NCBI RefSeq assembly: GCF_001186125.1
Contig: NW_014040444.1
Coordinates: 42,180-74,301, forward strand
Reading direction: 5' to 3'
Length of the DNA stretch: 32,122 nucleotides
Source: Sphaeroforma arctica JP610
Taxonomy: Eukaryota
Shown here: positions 28,881 to 32,122 of the stretch, piece after piece
Position numbering within the stretch: the first letter of the stretch is position 1
Layout of the letters: each line of letters starts with the position of its first letter
Translations under genes and position numbers: made by a program
Notes under the pieces: model-generated
The model's database searches: none
The model's input: the letters and a program-made list of their open reading frames with translations, nothing else
What the model was told of the DNA's origin: nothing

Positions 28881-31078
28881 TTAGGGTTTAGCGATAGTCT
28901 CGAGAACGTATCGGACGTCGTGATAGCCCAGGACCAACTGGAAAAAGCCTGTGCTCGCCTTGCTGTGGCTGACTGACCTGTATGGTAGCCACGATACGCT
29001 CTGAGTCTTCGATTCCGGATGCCTAGTCGGATTAGAGGGGCTTGTGAATGTTAATTGGATGGCCTGCTTCAACTTTGTGAGAGGAGTTGGATCAAAGATT
29101 GAGGCGGTGACATCAGCAAACAAAGACAAGAGACACGTGTGTTAGGAAGTATGTAGGGCGTTTGACACTAACGCACAGGTTTGTGAGGCGAATTATTTAT
29201 GCCACACTATAGAAGAAGATAAAGTAAAAATACACGAAGATCAACGACAATCGGTCGGTAAGAGGTAGTCTCTCGCCCGGGTGGGGCGATAAGTCCAATG
29301 AAGACATGCACTCACTGAGAATTATCCTCATAAGCACGTACATAGGCCAAGTGATAATCGACTGGTGTAACTGTGATCACGCAGCCTCTTCACTACATAC
29401 CTTTCTTCTTCAGGTATGTTTCCGAAAGCGGTTTCAATGTTGTTGAAAAGGTTCAGATCCTCGTCTACAGCGCTGTCCAGATTACACACGTAGACAACAT
29501 AGCGAGCCGAGTTGATCCATATGCTCTGTTGTGTGATTGCATCATACGCACGAGATGACTGTTAGACTACAAGCCTTTAAACAATCATCACGCCCTTGTA
29601 CTCATCAGAGCTTTGCATTGCCCTGACGATTAAGTATAAGTGACACGCTTGAGCGCCATTGGCCTTGGTTGACGACCAAGCACCAGAATATATCAAGCAA
29701 AACCCTAATATCCTCCAATCCAACACCCAACTCAGTCGCGACGTTGAGAGTTGTCCGTTTTAGTTGTCCGTGGAGGTATGTATGGGTGTGACACATGCGC
29801 GCTGGTAAAAGCATGGCAATTAGGACCCGAATGCGCTAATAAAACCCGGCCCTTCCCGAGTACAAGCGATGCGCAAGGTTGTAAGTAACATGTACTACAA
29901 CTGTACTATTAAACGAAGTGTATGAGTAGTGCTCAACATATACAGCACTGCTGTATTGCACGTGTAGGTTGTAAGTGACATGCACTACAATTGTACTATT
30001 AAACGAAATGTACGAGTAGTGCTCAACATATACAGCACTGCTATATTGCACGTGTAGGTTGTAGGTGACATGCATTACAACTGTACTATTAACGTGTATG
30101 AGTACTGCTCAACATATACAGTACTGCTATATTGCACGTGTAGGTGTCCGGGGAGAAAACTTTGTCGAAGATACACAACAAAACCGAAACGTTGAGGTGA
30201 GCGCATAGACTATACCTGCACCAGCATGTTGTGTATAAATCGCACTAATTGAGCGTGAGGCATTTCATCATCGACTCTGTTGACGTAAACACTGTGTCCG
30301 CCGGTCTCTTCAAACATCTCGCGAGCGGCTGTGTGGACGGCCATATGCTCGTACACTTCTCGTTTGCCACCTATAAGCATGTGGTATAGTATACGTACTC
30401 GCTGAGTCTGGTACATACACAACAACCCTGCGACCAATGCAGCAGTCTGGGTTGCGTAACGCAACACATAGTCAACTGAGTTGAAAAGGAAGGAAATCAA
30501 TTCAGATGGCCACATACCAGGTAGATGTTGCTTGATATTAGATTTTTTCTTCCTAAACTCTAACAAAGTCAATACCTCGAGCCGATCCAGCCCTGGTTTG
30601 CACCTGTTTGGTTGTGGGCTACTTCGCACCAACAGTACCCCCGCGGCACTGTAGCACGTGTCCACTAAAGGGAACATTGCCGGGGATAGCCGCAGTACAT
30701 TTATGTTCTACACACGAGTGTTAACGAGTCAATCTTTGGATTAGTGTTGTAGCATGAGCCAATCTTTGGATTAATCTTGTAGTTAGTACGAGTCAGTCTT
30801 TTAATTAGTATTGCAATACGGTCGAAATGTGCACAAAGGGCTATGTTTGCAGACCCGTGCTAATGGCTGTACCACGGGTACTGATGTAGATTCGCATAAT
30901 TTTAACTCACAAAGGACATACTAAACCAACAGATAAGATTGTGTGGAGTTTCAGAGCTGTTCGGTTCTACAATCCACCGTAGAACTCTAAGATTAAAGTC
31001 ATTGAAAAGGTTGCGATACTGTCACACCTAGAGGCTCACACATGTCATATTATTTTATACCAACGTACATACACACAT

Positions 31079-31110
<32 letters not shown>

Positions 31111-31799
31111 GCCCTTGCGCACATGCATGAGATCGTAGGTTACTGGCTGGGTCATCTACGTCAAAAAGTAAGTAAAATTTTCTATCAGATACAACGCACG
31201 GTATCAGTAGAATGCTAGTTCAACGGCAAACCCCTCACGTGTGCAGAGTGAGTATGACGGATCAAAGTATACACATATCCAAGATAAACAAGATAAACAC
31301 ATGTGACAACCCCCGATTAAGACACACCTCGTCGTATGTGTTCTCAGTGCACTTCAGCTTCTTCGTCGGTGGCGGTTCTTTGATGGCCAGCACATTCCGT
31401 ACCTGCGCGACTATTATAGTCTCAGCGTCGTAGCTCTGTGTTGCATCGAACCGGTTGATGGCAAGCAACTTGGCCGCGCTTTCAATCGAGACTTTGTCGT
31501 ACGAACCATCTGAGAAACTCAATGTACCTCCGGAGATATCTCCCGTCAAGCTCTCACGTTCATCTTTCAGCTTGAGCTTCGTTTCTAATTCATCTGCTAT
31601 GCTATCGGTATCTCCAGAAAACACGGCAGGGGCTTTATCCGCTTGCGACTGCTGAGATGGGGCCGTTCCTGGCACATTAGCACCCACTAGCACTCCGCAT
31701 AGAAAGCCGGGTGTAAAGTTGCAATCGCAAGTAATCGGATCGAACATATGTGTTGGCGACTTCTTTGGAGTTCTCCAAGACGCCAATTTGCAGGCGAGT
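28881..31799 (-). CDS. Nudix-hydrolase-domain protein, 5' incomplete; exons 31328-31799 (acceptor uncertain), 30518-30707, 30216-30370, 29401-29525, 28881-29022
   Basis: Spliced translation includes YSAAGVLLVR...RLEVLTLLEFRKKKSNIKQHLP-GGKREVYEHMAVHTAAREMFEETGG (Nudix box G-X5-E-X8-REUXEEXG), then SIWINSARYVVYVC and RHPESKTQSVSWLPY. Phases match across four GT-AG introns. No start codon was identified and the gene probably continues beyond the window. The 3' end could alternatively splice from a GTCAGT donor near 28978. Confidence 0.78.
29876..30144. repeat. Intronic minisatellite, 3 x ~90 bp (Nudix intron)
   Basis: AGGTTGTA(A/G)GT(A/G)ACATG...GCTCAACATATACAG...ATTGCACGTGT units start at 29876, 29966 and 30056. 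Confidence 0.93.
30726..30818. repeat. Degenerate tandem repeat, 3 x ~31 bp, close to a Nudix splice acceptor
   Basis: GAGTCAATCTTTGGATTAG / GAGCCAATCTTTGGATTAA / GAGTCAGTCTTTTAATTAG. Confidence 0.75.
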
Positions 31800-31966
31800 C
31801 TGTGGGGCATTGGAATACGAGTTAGAAAGTGACAGCGCCTCTCGAAATTATCATCTTCGTCGAATTTTGGAATCAATGTATATGATACGTGAATTTTCGA
31901 GTAGAATCGAACCGAGTCCCTGCCCATCCCCAAAACGCTGACCACATACACCGATGAAAATAAGTA

Positions 31967-32122
31967 CATTCCCAGTACTAAACAACACCTACATAAATGA
32001 CAGGTGATAAAGAAGAGGCTCACTTCATACACCATACCTCCTCACGAGAGTAAAATAAATCCATTCCCAGTACTAAACATCACCTACATAAATGACAGGT
32101 GATAAAGAAGAGGCTCACTTCA
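31967..32122. repeat. Tandem repeat with ~95 bp period, truncated by the window end
   Basis: CATTCCCAGTACTAAACA(A/T)CACCTACATAAATGACAGGTGATAAAGAAGAGGCTCACTTCA occurs at 31967 and 32062. Confidence 0.9.

Overview
Intron-rich eukaryotic nuclear DNA with GT-AG introns (donors mostly GTATGT/GTAAGT/GTGTGT), long (TA)n/(CA)n tracts and two 20-N assembly gaps. The style and the eRF3 architecture suggest a unicellular opisthokont, possibly an ichthyosporean; this is inference only. I assembled five spliced genes by hand: glycine cleavage H protein (-, 155 aa), fumarylacetoacetase (-, 422 aa), an SDR9C-type short-chain dehydrogenase (+, 343 aa), translation release factor eRF3/Sup35 (-, 682 aa) and a 5'-incomplete Nudix hydrolase (-). 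Two features stand out. First, the whole eRF3 gene and its upstream region lie between two ~870-890 bp inverted repeats (16210-17077 and 27419-28309). Their ~680 bp cores are ~99% identical, while the adjacent outer ~125 bp is only ~80-85% identical, a pattern expected from recombination or gene conversion between the arms, so this may be an invertible cassette. Second, this eRF3 has a full yeast-Sup35-like layout: a Q/N/Y/G-rich prion-like N domain with PAM2-like and RGG motifs, a charged M domain and the GTPase. Several intronic minisatellites and shared GC-rich upstream motifs are also present.
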